64,000 nucleotides of DNA. It comes from a virus (lineage: Duplodnaviria; Caudoviricetes). Each line of letters opens with the position of its first letter. The stretch's first letter is position 1. Under the pieces are notes generated by a model. It worked only from the letters and a program-made list of their open reading frames with translations. It was not told where the DNA came from and searched no databases. The translations under genes were made by a program, and so were the position numbers. The DNA is taken from IMG/VR virus record IMGVR_UViG_3300033074_001909, positions 42,333 through 106,332 of that record; one strand, written 5' to 3'. This document shows positions 19,005 to 28,600 of this stretch, piece after piece.

Positions 19005-21624
19005 GTCGATCCGCGACTGGCTGCACGCGGCGGCCACGATTCCGATTCAGTGGCGACGTCGGAAGTATCTGCGCGACTGCCTGCGGGCCTCGTCCGAGTT
19101 GCGGGCCAAGTTGATCGAGAAGAACGACAGCCGGTTGACCACCCATATCCAACGGCTGTTCACGCATCCCTATTTCGCGTTCGAGCCCCGGCCCGATAAT
19201 CCCGCCGCCGGCGATCAGCAGACCGGGTTTCTGGAGTCGCAGGCCTTCACGACAGTGGCTCTGGGAGGCACGGGTAGCGGCAAGAGCTACATCGGCTCAC
19301 AACGGGCCATCAAGTTCCTCTGCGAGGATCAGCGACCGCCAATCAAGGACACGCCCTTCTTCGTGATCGCCGACAACCTGGAGGAATCCTCCAAGGCTTG
19401 CTGGGCGCAGAAACTCCACGATCTGTTGCCGCGGGAGTGGGTCGACTGGGACCGCATTACCTGGCGCAGCGCGAAGATGAATTTTCCGCGCATCGTGCCG
19501 CTGCGGCCCTGGCAGGACGACCCCAAGACGAACTGGGCGATTTACTTCTGCGGCTACACCCAGGACCGCAAGGCCTTCCAGGCCATCGCGGCCGGCGGCG
19601 CGTGGTTCACGGAACAATTCCCGTACGACATCTACGAGGAAGTCGTCGGGCGTATGCGACAATGGATGTTCAACGGCGCTCTGTGGCTGGAATTCACGCC
19701 GCTGGATCCGACCGACAGCGTCAAAGTCCAGGAGCTGTACGAGAAGTGGACGCGGGGCGAGCTCGACGAGGATCAATGGTCGTTCTACCGCCTCAACACC
19801 GAAGAAGCGGCGAAGAAGGGACACGTCAAGCAGGAGTTTGTCGACACGCTCAAGGCGACGATCTCACCCGAGATGCTCGCTACCCGCTTGCGCGGGGATT
19901 TCGGCTCCTACGAGGGTGTGATCTATCAGAGTCTCAACCCGCTAGTGCATTTCGTGCCCGGGACGCAATACGACAAGTGTCCGCGCGATATTAACCTGAC
20001 GTACAAGCGAGGCATCGACTGGGGCGCCGGCCCATCGAATGCGTTTGTCGTCTTGTGGGGCGCCAAGGATTCCATGGGCCGCTGGTTCATTTTCGACGAG
20101 TATTACACCACGGATCAGCTCATGACCTGGGAAGATCACGTGCGGGAGATTCACAAGAAGGATGGGTGGAAACTCATTGGCCAGATAGACCGCGGTCTGA
20201 CGACGTACCGCCTGGAGCCGATCCCAGGCGTGCCGCAGCGGTGGATTTACGAGCGCTCGAATTTTGGCCAGACCTACGCGCCACCCGAGCAGCCGGACTT
20301 ATTCCGTGAGTTCGCGAAATACTGCCTGCCCGTGACGCCAGCCCGGAATGCCTTTCACCCCGGCGTGGATTGCGTGCGGCGGCATTTGAAATTCGACGAC
20401 TTCACGCTCGAGCAGCGGACCGAGCCGCAACTGTTCATCGATCGGCGCGCGTGCCCAAATCTGGCAAGAGAACTGCCAGCGCTGCAGTGGAAAGACCCGC
20501 CCAAGGCAGGCGTGAATCCTTCAAGCGCCAAGATGGAACAGAAAAAAATACATGACCACTCCTGCACGATTTCTTCGACGCTCGTGTTGACGGAATCGGG
20601 ATGGAAGCCAATTATCGAGATCCAGCGAGGCGAGATGGTGGCCTCGCTCGACGGCTGGACTCGGGTGGAATGCGGAGCGGTCAAGACGGGCGTAAATCGC
20701 CCATTGGTGCGAATCACGTTGGACAATGGGGCCGAGGTGGTGTGTACTCCCTGCCATCGGTTCCCGACGGAGGATGGATCATGGATCGCGGCGGAACACC
20801 TGCTGGGCCGACGTTTGGCGAAGTGGTGCGATACACCACCAGGAGTGGGCAGATGGCGGAATCCATCGAGTACGGCGGAATGGTGTGGCGACGATACCCC
20901 AACTCGCGATTCCCGGCTGCTCGCTACTTCGTCAAGCGAGTTGGTAAGCGGCCTGATGCCATTCTTCTCCATCGCAGGATCTACGAAGATTTTGTGGGAC
21001 CAATTCCAAAGGGAATGGCCATCCATCACAAAGACGGGTGCATTACCAACAACCACCCATCCAACCTGGAACTTTGCACGTTCCGGGATCATTCACAAAA
21101 GCATGTGTCCGACAATGTCAACATGCGACAAGGCTTACGCGAGTGGCGACAGAAGCAGCCAGGACAACTTCGTCAAATCGCGAAAAATGCCAGCGACGCC
21201 TACTGGAGTGATCCACGCGTGGTCAGCCTTACTTGCTCGCATTGCGGCATCGCGTTTTCGTCAAAGGACGTGCGCACTAACCGAAAGCGATACTGCTCTG
21301 GTGCATGCAATCGGCAGGCGTTGCGAACCGAAAAGCGGCTATGCAAACATTGTGGCCAGGAGTTCTTGGCGGCATCCTTCGAGCCAAACGTCTTTTGTAG
21401 CAAGCGGTGCTCTGCGTGTTATGGAGGTATCCTCCTGCGGAACCGCCGACACGTACTGCATCGCGACTGAGTCGGGTTCGATGGTGTGGGGAGGCGGAGT
21501 CGTGGCGTCAAACTGTGATGCATTGCGCTACCTGCTATACTCCGACTGGATGGGCAACACGGGTGGCATCGAAGCCTTCCAGGCCCCGCAGCCGCATCGT
21601 CCGCAAGTGCGATTAAGGAAATGA
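18961..21624 (+). CDS. terL: Terminase large subunit containing an intein
   Basis: Walker A GGTGSGKS, nuclease 'GIDWG', C-terminal 'DHS|CDALRY' split by an intein. Confidence 0.9.
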   Translation: MIHHQSPPNLPLHHESIRDWLHAAATIPIQWRRRKYLRDCLRASSELRAKLIEKNDSRLTTHIQRLFTHPYFAFEPRPDNPAAGDQQTGFLESQAFTTVALGGTGSGKSYIGSQRAIKFLCEDQRPPIKDTPFFVIADNLEESSKACWAQKLHDLLPREWVDWDRITWRSAKMNFPRIVPLRPWQDDPKTNWAIYFCGYTQDRKAFQAIAAGGAWFTEQFPYDIYEEVVGRMRQWMFNGALWLEFTPLDPTDSVKVQELYEKWTRGELDEDQWSFYRLNTEEAAKKGHVKQEFVDTLKATISPEMLATRLRGDFGSYEGVIYQSLNPLVHFVPGTQYDKCPRDINLTYKRGIDWGAGPSNAFVVLWGAKDSMGRWFIFDEYYTTDQLMTWEDHVREIHKKDGWKLIGQIDRGLTTYRLEPIPGVPQRWIYERSNFGQTYAPPEQPDLFREFAKYCLPVTPARNAFHPGVDCVRRHLKFDDFTLEQRTEPQLFIDRRACPNLARELPALQWKDPPKAGVNPSSAKMEQKKIHDHSCTISSTLVLTESGWKPIIEIQRGEMVASLDGWTRVECGAVKTGVNRPLVRITLDNGAEVVCTPCHRFPTEDGSWIAAEHLLGRRLAKWCDTPPGVGRWRNPSSTAEWCGDDTPTRDSRLLATSSSELVSGLMPFFSIAGSTKILWDQFQREWPSITKTGALPTTTHPTWNFARSGIIHKSMCPTMSTCDKAYASGDRSSQDNFVKSRKMPATPTGVIHAWSALLARIAASRFRQRTCALTESDTALVHAIGRRCEPKSGYANIVARSSWRHPSSQTSFVASGALRVMEVSSCGTADTYCIATESGSMVWGGGVVASNCDALRYLLYSDWMGNTGGIEAFQAPQPHRPQVRLRK
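20563..21513 (+). mobile_element. Intein (317 aa) in TerL
   Basis: Starts with Cys (CTISSTLVLTESGWKPI), block B 'CTPCHRF', ends '...VVASN' before Cys+1. Confidence 0.85.
20853..21470 (+). CDS. HNH homing endonuclease nested in an alternative frame inside the TerL intein
   Basis: SD AGGAG at 20841-20845; 'LHRRIYEDFVGPIPKGMAIHHKDG..NNHPSNLEL'; C-terminal CxxC zinc ribbons. Confidence 0.85.
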   Translation: MAESIEYGGMVWRRYPNSRFPAARYFVKRVGKRPDAILLHRRIYEDFVGPIPKGMAIHHKDGCITNNHPSNLELCTFRDHSQKHVSDNVNMRQGLREWRQKQPGQLRQIAKNASDAYWSDPRVVSLTCSHCGIAFSSKDVRTNRKRYCSGACNRQALRTEKRLCKHCGQEFLAASFEPNVFCSKRCSACYGGILLRNRRHVLHRD

Positions 21625-22559
21625 CCATGGCACGACTGAATGCCTCCCAGCGTCGGCAGGTCATCCGGAACGCGACCCGCGAACTGCGCCGCTCGGGCGG
21701 ACGTCGCAGCGGATCGGGAGAGCCTGGCCCGTTGGGCGGCCTATTCCGCACGCTGGGGGCCCGCTTCGGGCCGCTGGGCGAGGTCATCGGCATGCTCGGG
21801 GATATCCTGTCCGGCGGACGGCGGGTGACCCGGCGCAATATCGAAGACGCGGTGCGGATCCTGACCGAAGAGGGATTTGAAGTCGCGCCAGCGCCACCGG
21901 AGGCGCCCCCGGTAATTGTGCAGCCTCCGCCGGTGGTGCCGCGTGGGGTACGCCCGGCCCCCGCGGTGCCGCCGGCATCGATTCCGCCGCTGCCGCCACA
22001 GGAACCGGCCGATCCGTGGCCCGCCGAACATTCGGTCCGGATTCTGCCGCGCCGTGTGCGAGGCGTCTACGACAGTATCCCGGCCGACATCGACACCTTC
22101 CAGGGCTGGATCCTCACGCCCCAGAGCTCCAACGTGCATGCGGTCGCGTACCACGAGGGTATCCTCTACGTGTGGTATCGGGCCGCTGGCAAGCCGACCG
22201 GGTACAAGGACGGGATCTCGTTATGCACCGGGAAGGCCTATAAGATCGGGATCCGGCCCGACGTGCCGGGCCCGATCTACTCGTATGGTGGCGCAGGCCG
22301 TCCGGTGCCACAGTCGGTGTTTGACGCGATTGCCACGTCGCGTTCGCCAGGCAAGCAGGTCTGGGACAAGTTGCGCGTGTGCGGATCGCAGTGGCAGCAT
22401 CAGTACGTGTACACGCTGACCGATGTGCCCATGGGTCAGGCGGTGCCCCGCAAGGCGACGCGTCGCGGGTTGGCGGTGCGCAATGTCCCCAATGTCGGTC
22501 TGGGGCCACGTGGATCTCGCCGTAGCACGCTGCCCGCACGTGTGGCGGGGATCCGGTAA
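21621..22559 (+). CDS. KTSC-like domain protein
   Basis: 'SSNVHAVAYHEGILYVWY...YSY...VPQSVFDAIATSRSPGK'. Confidence 0.6.
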   Translation: MTMARLNASQRRQVIRNATRELRRSGGRRSGSGEPGPLGGLFRTLGARFGPLGEVIGMLGDILSGGRRVTRRNIEDAVRILTEEGFEVAPAPPEAPPVIVQPPPVVPRGVRPAPAVPPASIPPLPPQEPADPWPAEHSVRILPRRVRGVYDSIPADIDTFQGWILTPQSSNVHAVAYHEGILYVWYRAAGKPTGYKDGISLCTGKAYKIGIRPDVPGPIYSYGGAGRPVPQSVFDAIATSRSPGKQVWDKLRVCGSQWQHQYVYTLTDVPMGQAVPRKATRRGLAVRNVPNVGLGPRGSRRSTLPARVAGIR

Positions 22560-22573
22560 TTGGCTCCGCATTC

Positions 22574-22628
22574 GTTGAATGCCCGCGCAGTGGCTTCGTT
22601 GCTGCGAGTACAGGTCGACCCACGCCTT
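22574..22628 (+). CRISPR. Solitary Cas12m-type repeat + 20-nt guide-length segment (plus strand)
   Basis: GTTGAATGCCCGCGCAGTGGCTTCGTTGCTGCGAG at 22574-22608 (stem CGCAGT/GCTGCG kept), then TACAGGTCGACCCACGCCTT. Confidence 0.75.
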
Positions 22629-22808
22629 TGGGCAAGAGCCAAGCCTCTGCGCGGGCACTTCGACCGGTTGGGACGAGTTCTGCGCAGCCCAAATCCGGAA
22701 CGCTCGCAGAAACAAAGCCCCTGCGCGGGCACTTCGACTTGTCGACAACCTGGATCCGGTCGAGCACCGGCTCTCGCAGGAACAAAGCCCCTACGCGGGC
22801 ATCATCGC
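22629..22808 (-). CRISPR. Orphan mini-array: 3 repeats, 2 spacers (34 and 38 nt)
   Basis: Repeats at 22773-22808, 22703-22738 and 22629-22664 are reverse complements of the main-array repeat, e.g. GTCGAAGTGCCCGCGCAGGGGCTTTGTTTCTGCGAG. Confidence 0.9.
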
Positions 22809-23008
22809 TCTAACCTGGGCCGGCCTTCGCTCCGCGGTCGACTGAGTCCCCCGCGAATCGACTTCGGTAGTTTCGCCGCGCCCGCATCACGCAGCCATTC
22901 CGACAGCGATTTACCTTCCTTCGCGGCCGCCGCCAGAAAGGCCGTCCACCAATCCTGCGGCGCCGTGATGTTGCGGCGGATCGTATCGTCTCCATGGGGC
23001 TCTGTCAT
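22802..23008 (-). CDS. Small ribbon-helix-helix regulator
   Basis: 'RRNITAPQDWWTAFLAAAAKEGKSLSEWLRDA'. Confidence 0.65.
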   Translation of the reverse strand: MTEPHGDDTIRRNITAPQDWWTAFLAAAAKEGKSLSEWLRDAGAAKLPKSIRGGLSRPRSEGRPRLER

Positions 23009-23021
23009 GCCGGTGATCCTA

Positions 23022-25398
23022 TCACGTCGTGACCGTTATCTGCAGGGTGGCTTTCTCGCGAGTCCAGCCATGCTGCCGCAGCATCCGCGCCTCGAGCAGT
23101 TCCACGCGGTCAAGGCACTGCTGGAGAAATCCCTGTGGCAGATCATAGTCGAGCCCCCAGAACCACTTCACAACCAGCCAGGTTTGGCGGTCGGTGATTG
23201 GTTTCGCGAGTTCCCGCTCCAGGCGGGTAGAAATAGCTTGCGTGGTGGTCATGGTTTGGACGCTCCATTGATTCGGAGTAGGTGCAGCTCGAATCGGTCC
23301 TTCTCTTCCTGCGTCGCTGGCCGAATCTCAACCGTTTCGCCCGCCTGCAAGGCTGCTTGCACATTAGACCAGTCCGACCGAATGCCTCCTGCGGTGTACA
23401 AGCACGACATGAGCGTTGCGCTGTCGTGGTAAAAATGCTCGCCGATGTAAATCAGTTTCATGGTCTTCATGGTCATGCTCCTTGTGAAGAAAATATCGAC
23501 CGTTGGCCGCGAATGGCCGGCGTCAGCATGCGGGCCGCTCCCCTCGCGGGTCGCGGAAACCACCGGCGACGGTCGTCGCGCCGGATCGACGCCGCAGCCC
23601 ACCTGCCGGACCGCATGACCGGGTGGCCGTCAGGATTGCGGGCTGCGGCGGTTTAGTCAGGTATGCTGGCGGCATCCGCGTACCGGAACGCAAACCCCGG
23701 CCCAGTGGCATCGACGAGATACCGGATGCCGGAATCTCCACGATAATTCCGAGAGCCCATCGACCGGGGCACCGGCGTTGAGCCCGGTGACGTGGTGTCC
23801 CGTGGGCATACACTCGATCAGCATCCGCTCGAACTCATCCGTCGGAAGGATACGTGCCACGTCGCGTCGTGGCACATCGGTGCGCCGCGAGCCGAAGCCA
23901 ATATTCCGGCGCCCGGTGATGATGAGTTCGTCGCCAATACGCTCGATGGTGTCACTGATTTTCATGATTCTCTCCGTGATCGAATGCCGCCTTGGGACGG
24001 CCGCCGGGCTCACCAGAGCCCGGCGGGGCATTAGGCCGCGAAAGCGGCCCCCTCTGCATCTACCCGTCGTACTTGACGCGCACAACGCAATGCCAGCCGG
24101 CCGCACCGTGCCAGGACATGGGCTCCTCGTCCTCCTGGCCGTCGACGTCCGGCGACGTGTCAGCCATGCCGCACTCGCCGCAAAACGTCAGGCCGCAGCC
24201 GTCCGGTGCCTCGTAGACTCGATATCGCGTGGCCATGGTCGTCTCCTTGTGTCTCTGCTACTCAGCCGCCTGGATGATTTTGGCGACATCCAGATCGCCG
24301 TTGCACGCCGCGTAAATCGGATCGCCATCCGTGTATTCTTCGCCTGGATCGTCCAGGCTGTCTACCATTCGCTCGGCAGCAGCGGTTACCTGCTCGGGCG
24401 TCAGCTTGGCCGCCACAAACGCATTGGCGGTGGCGGCATCCCAAACGCCAATTTCACACCACGGACGCGCCGTAGCGGCGGTGAAACCGTAATCGATCCA
24501 GTTCTCGGCCTCGTCCTTCGGGTGATTGCCAGTAAACATGCCGCCGTGGTTGCTGAGCATTTCCATCATGTCTTGAAGATCCCGATCGATGGTCGTCATG
24601 GTCGTGTCTCCTCGTGAAAGAAAATCTGGTCGCCGAGCCGCCCCATCGGCTACACAATGTTCGTCGCCTCAGGAATCACTCCGTAGCGATTCAGCAGCCC
24701 CACACGCCGTCGCGCGGCTGCTTCTGCCTGCTCTTGCGATGGATAGCCGCCGTTGCACCACGTGGCGTCGCCGATGTCGATGCGGTAGCCAAAACATCCA
24801 GCACTGTAGCCTTCCGGATTCTCGATGATCGTGATGTTGGCTTGCGGGCGTCGTTCGGTCATGGTCGTGTCCTCGTCTTCGTGTTGGATAAAACCGGGGC
24901 GGCCCGAAGGCCGCCCCTCCGTGGGCGTCAGAGCGACTCTACCGCAGCGAAACGGCTGCGGTAGTCCGCCGGGGTCATTCGCTCGGCTGTTACTGCCCCG
25001 GCTGCGTCCAGCCGGAGCAGCGTGTACAGCCAGTCCCTCCGGCCGCGATAGCCGGAGGTGACGATGATGATGCCCGTCGAGGGCACCCGAAAGACAGCGG
25101 CGGCGAAATCGTTGCCGCCGCTCGACGAGGTGGCTACGACCCCGGTCGGTTCGACCGGTGGCAGTTCTTTCGTGGCAACTGTCTTCGCCTGCTCGGGGCA
25201 GGCGAAGCCGTGGAACGTTCCCGCGTCATCTGCGTGCCACAGCACGCAGATGCCTGGGGACAGGCCAATCTTACGGTCGCCGATCGTGGCGACCTGGCCG
25301 TCGGCGTCGACTGCCAGCGACACACGCCGGCAGTTCGCGCCGGCTTGGCCGGACACGCTTTGCCCCGCCTTAATTCCGAGCAACATATTCGTGGACAT
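23022..25398 (-). other. Cluster of small minus-strand genes (23022-23252, 23249-23476, 23657-23965, 24060-24236, 24258-24599, 24650-24862, 24928-25398), putative early region
   Basis: Each gene has a similar GGAG/GAGGA...ATG ribosome-binding context; hairpins in the intergenic gaps. Confidence 0.65.
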
Positions 25399-25440
25399 GA
25401 GAATCTCCGTTCGTGGAAGTGGCTTGGTTGTGATGCGTAT

Positions 25441-25484
25441 ACTCTACACACTGTAAACGGCAGAAGTCAATAACAGTACACACT
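25441..25484 (-). promoter_or_regulatory. Sigma70-like promoter for the minus-strand cluster with direct repeats
   Basis: TTGACT-18 nt-TAGAGT on minus strand; TACACACT at 25445-25452 and 25477-25484. Confidence 0.55.
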
Positions 25485-25559
25485 ATTTTTTATCGAAATC
25501 CGGAAATAGTCGCAGTAGTCGATAGGGCATGGATTTAGGTATCATGCCCACAACAGGAC

Positions 25560-25604
25560 GGCACCTCGTTCCGAGGCCCGGGAGTCACTCCTTGGGCCTT
25601 TTTT
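25560..25604 (+). terminator. Conserved motif + intrinsic terminator ahead of the portal gene
   Basis: GGCACCTCGTTCCGA, then GGCCCGGGAG...CCTTGGGCC and T6. Confidence 0.65.
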
Positions 25605-25614
25605 GTTGGGAAAG

Positions 25615-28600
25615 ATGAGCATGACCACCACGCAACCAGGCGGGCAGCGGATCGGCGGACAGACCTACATGCCCGGGCAGATGCTGCCCGAACGCTATCG
25701 CCGCGTGCTGGAGCCGTCCGACCGGCCCCGCGATCCCGCCGTCCGTGATCCGGATCTGGCTCCCAACTTAGGCCGCCATACCGTCCCGCACATCATCACC
25801 TTCCAGGGGCTGGTCACCTCCCTAGCCCGGGCCTATCGCAATCCAGACGAGGCCTTCCGACACAGCGTCGAAAACGCCCACATGATGCTGACGGACCCGA
25901 CAGTGAGCGGGCCCTTGCACGCGCGGCAGATGATGACGGCGCTGCTCCAGTGGTCGGTGGAAAGCGAGGACGACAAAGATTCACAGCTCAAAGAAGCGGC
26001 CAGCCAACTCCAGAAAGTCCTGGAACGGACGCCGCGGTTCGCTGAACTGCGCCGGTGGCTGCTGGAAGCTATCTGGTATGGTCGCGCGGCCAGCCAGCAC
26101 GCGATCGGATTCCACCGCGATCGCTTCGGCGTGCGACGCAGGGTGATCAAGAAATGGCTGCCGATCTCTGGCGACAAGCTTCTCTTCCGCTACGACGACG
26201 GGAGCGGGGAGTTCGACCCGGATCAGATTGGCGTGCGGGTCAGCCCGGGACTCGGCCGCGAGGATATCATCGCCGGGCGGCGCAAACTCGAGGCCACAAC
26301 CGACGGCATGGGCTACTTCCTGGAGCCCTGGGAGCGTCGGCACTGGGCGGTCCACAAGCACATGATCCGCGACGGGGAATTCGAGGATCCACTCAGCGCA
26401 GGGCAGGTGCATGGCGTCGGCCTGCGGCACTTTCTCTATTGGGTCTGGTATCAGAAGCAGGAGGCTATGGCGCAGCTCGCCGAGGTGCTCGACCGTACTG
26501 GCGCGGGGATCACCATCTACTATTACCCCGTCGGGAATCAGGAAGCGAAAACCCAGGTGGAAAAGGTGGCCCGCGAGCAGGCGCACACCAACGTGCTGGT
26601 GATGCCGTTCGACCCGGCCAGCACAGGCGGCGACCCGTATTCGATTCAACAAATCCCGCCCAACGTAGCCGGCCTGCAGGCCCTCCAGGACATCGTGGAC
26701 GGTTATTTCGGCGACATGATCACGCGGGCCATTCTGGGTCAGACGCTGTCCAGCAAACCCTCCGCAGCGGGCATGAATACGGGCGTCTCGGATCTTCAGA
26801 AAGACTCCCTGTTCCATATCGTGCGATACGACGCGGTCAATCTCCAGGAAACCATCACGCGGGAGATCCTGTTGCCGCTGCGGGACTTCAACCTACCGAA
26901 GTTCCGCAACGTGGATTTCTTCTTCAAAATCTCGACCAAAGTCAGCGCGCCGCAGGAAGAACTGGCCGCCATTTATCAGGCCTGGCAGATGGGCACCAAA
27001 ATCCGCGTCCAGGATCTCTTCCAGAAGCTCGACATGGCCATGCCGGACAAAGACGACAAGGTCGTGTTTAACCCGCAGATTGTGTCAGCCATTCAGCAGG
27101 TCGAGAGCGCCCCGATGGGTGGTCTCGCCCCGCCCGGTGGCGCCGGGCCTCAGCCTCCCGGCGCCACCCCATTTCCACCCGGTGCTGCGGAAGGCACCCC
27201 TACAAGTGAGGGCGGGGGCCAAAATGAACCCCCGCCCATAGATAGAGGGGGTGCCAGCGGCCAACCGGAGCAACTGGATAAGGCCGAAAGCCCCGAGCAG
27301 GAACGCCGGAAGTTGTTTGGCCCGATCCTGTACGGTAAGCGCGAGGAGTATCTGGAGCGGATCAGGGAAGCGGTCGAGAACACCGAGCCCAACCCCACCG
27401 AGGCCCAGCGCGAGGCCGGCAATTATCGCAAGGGCGTGGTGCATTGGCGGGGTTTAGAAGTGGTGATCGAGACGCCCAAGGGTCAGCGGCGGCGCCCGGA
27501 ATGGCCAGCTCTGCGGGCGCATTACGGCTACATCCGCCGGCATTACCACACGGGCGAGCAACGGCTAGTCACCAGCGAGCCGTGCGCCGACGGCGACCAT
27601 CTGGATATCTTCTTGGGGCCACAGCCCGAAAGCGACATCGTGTTCGTGATCGACCAAGTGACGGCCGACGGAAAGTTCGACGAGCACAAGTGTATCCTGG
27701 GCACGACCAACAAGCGGGACGCCCGGGCGCTGTACCTGTCGAACTATGCGGACGGGTGGAAGTGCGGTCCGATCCGGGGCATGACGATCGAGACGTTCAA
27801 GCACTGGCTCGAGCACGGAGACCTGACGAAGCCGGTGGCGCGCCAGAAACTCAGGTACGCGCGGCAATTGTCGCTGTTTGACGATACGTTCTCGCTGGTG
27901 CGCAAGCCGAGATCACTCTTTGACGAAGGATCGCATCCCCGGGCAAAAGAGCATGTGGAGATCCAGGGCAAGGAATACGAAGGCGGGCAATGGATCCCGA
28001 AAGACGCGGCGGTGGAAGCCACGCCAGCGGCCCAAGAGAAAATCGAGGTAGTGGACAAGTCCACGGGCGAAACCGAACCACTTGAGCAAACGCTGAAACC
28101 TGGGGATAATGCCACCGCATCGCCACCGAGTCCCGAGGACGACTCCCATGACCAACCACGATCCGACGCAGAATTCGCACCTGGAGAGCCAGATTCCACC
28201 GGAGGAGATGGAGATCGAGGACGACCTGACGACGGAGAATCTGGCGGCGCAGGCGATTTGGGAGCAAATCCAGTTGGACCGTCAGAAGAACGGATCGTCA
28301 CCTCACGCCAACAGCACACGCGCCCAGCGGATCGATCCCTCGTTCCAGAGCGACTTCGACAACATCTAGACGACCACCAGCAGGAAGGCGTCGCCAAGGC
28401 GATTGCCTCTCTTCGGGATGTTGGTGGCTTCCTTAACTCCGACGGGACTGGCGTCGGTAAGGCGCAGCCGCTCGACGAACCGATTTTGACTCCCACCGGA
28501 TGGAAGCGGATGGGCGATCTGCAAATCGGCGATGAAGTCATTTCAGCCGACGGATTTCCCACCAAAATCAGTGGCGTCTATCCGCAAGGGCACCTGGAAG

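Noticed and set aside
22574-22608. Canonical tracrRNA
   Set aside because: Characterised Cas12m does not need a tracrRNA, the element is far from the cas gene, and it keeps its own repeat stem. The anti-repeat reading is kept only as an alternative in the findings.
22560-23432. 290-aa plus-strand ORF
   Set aside because: It runs across CRISPR repeats and is antisense to better-supported small genes.
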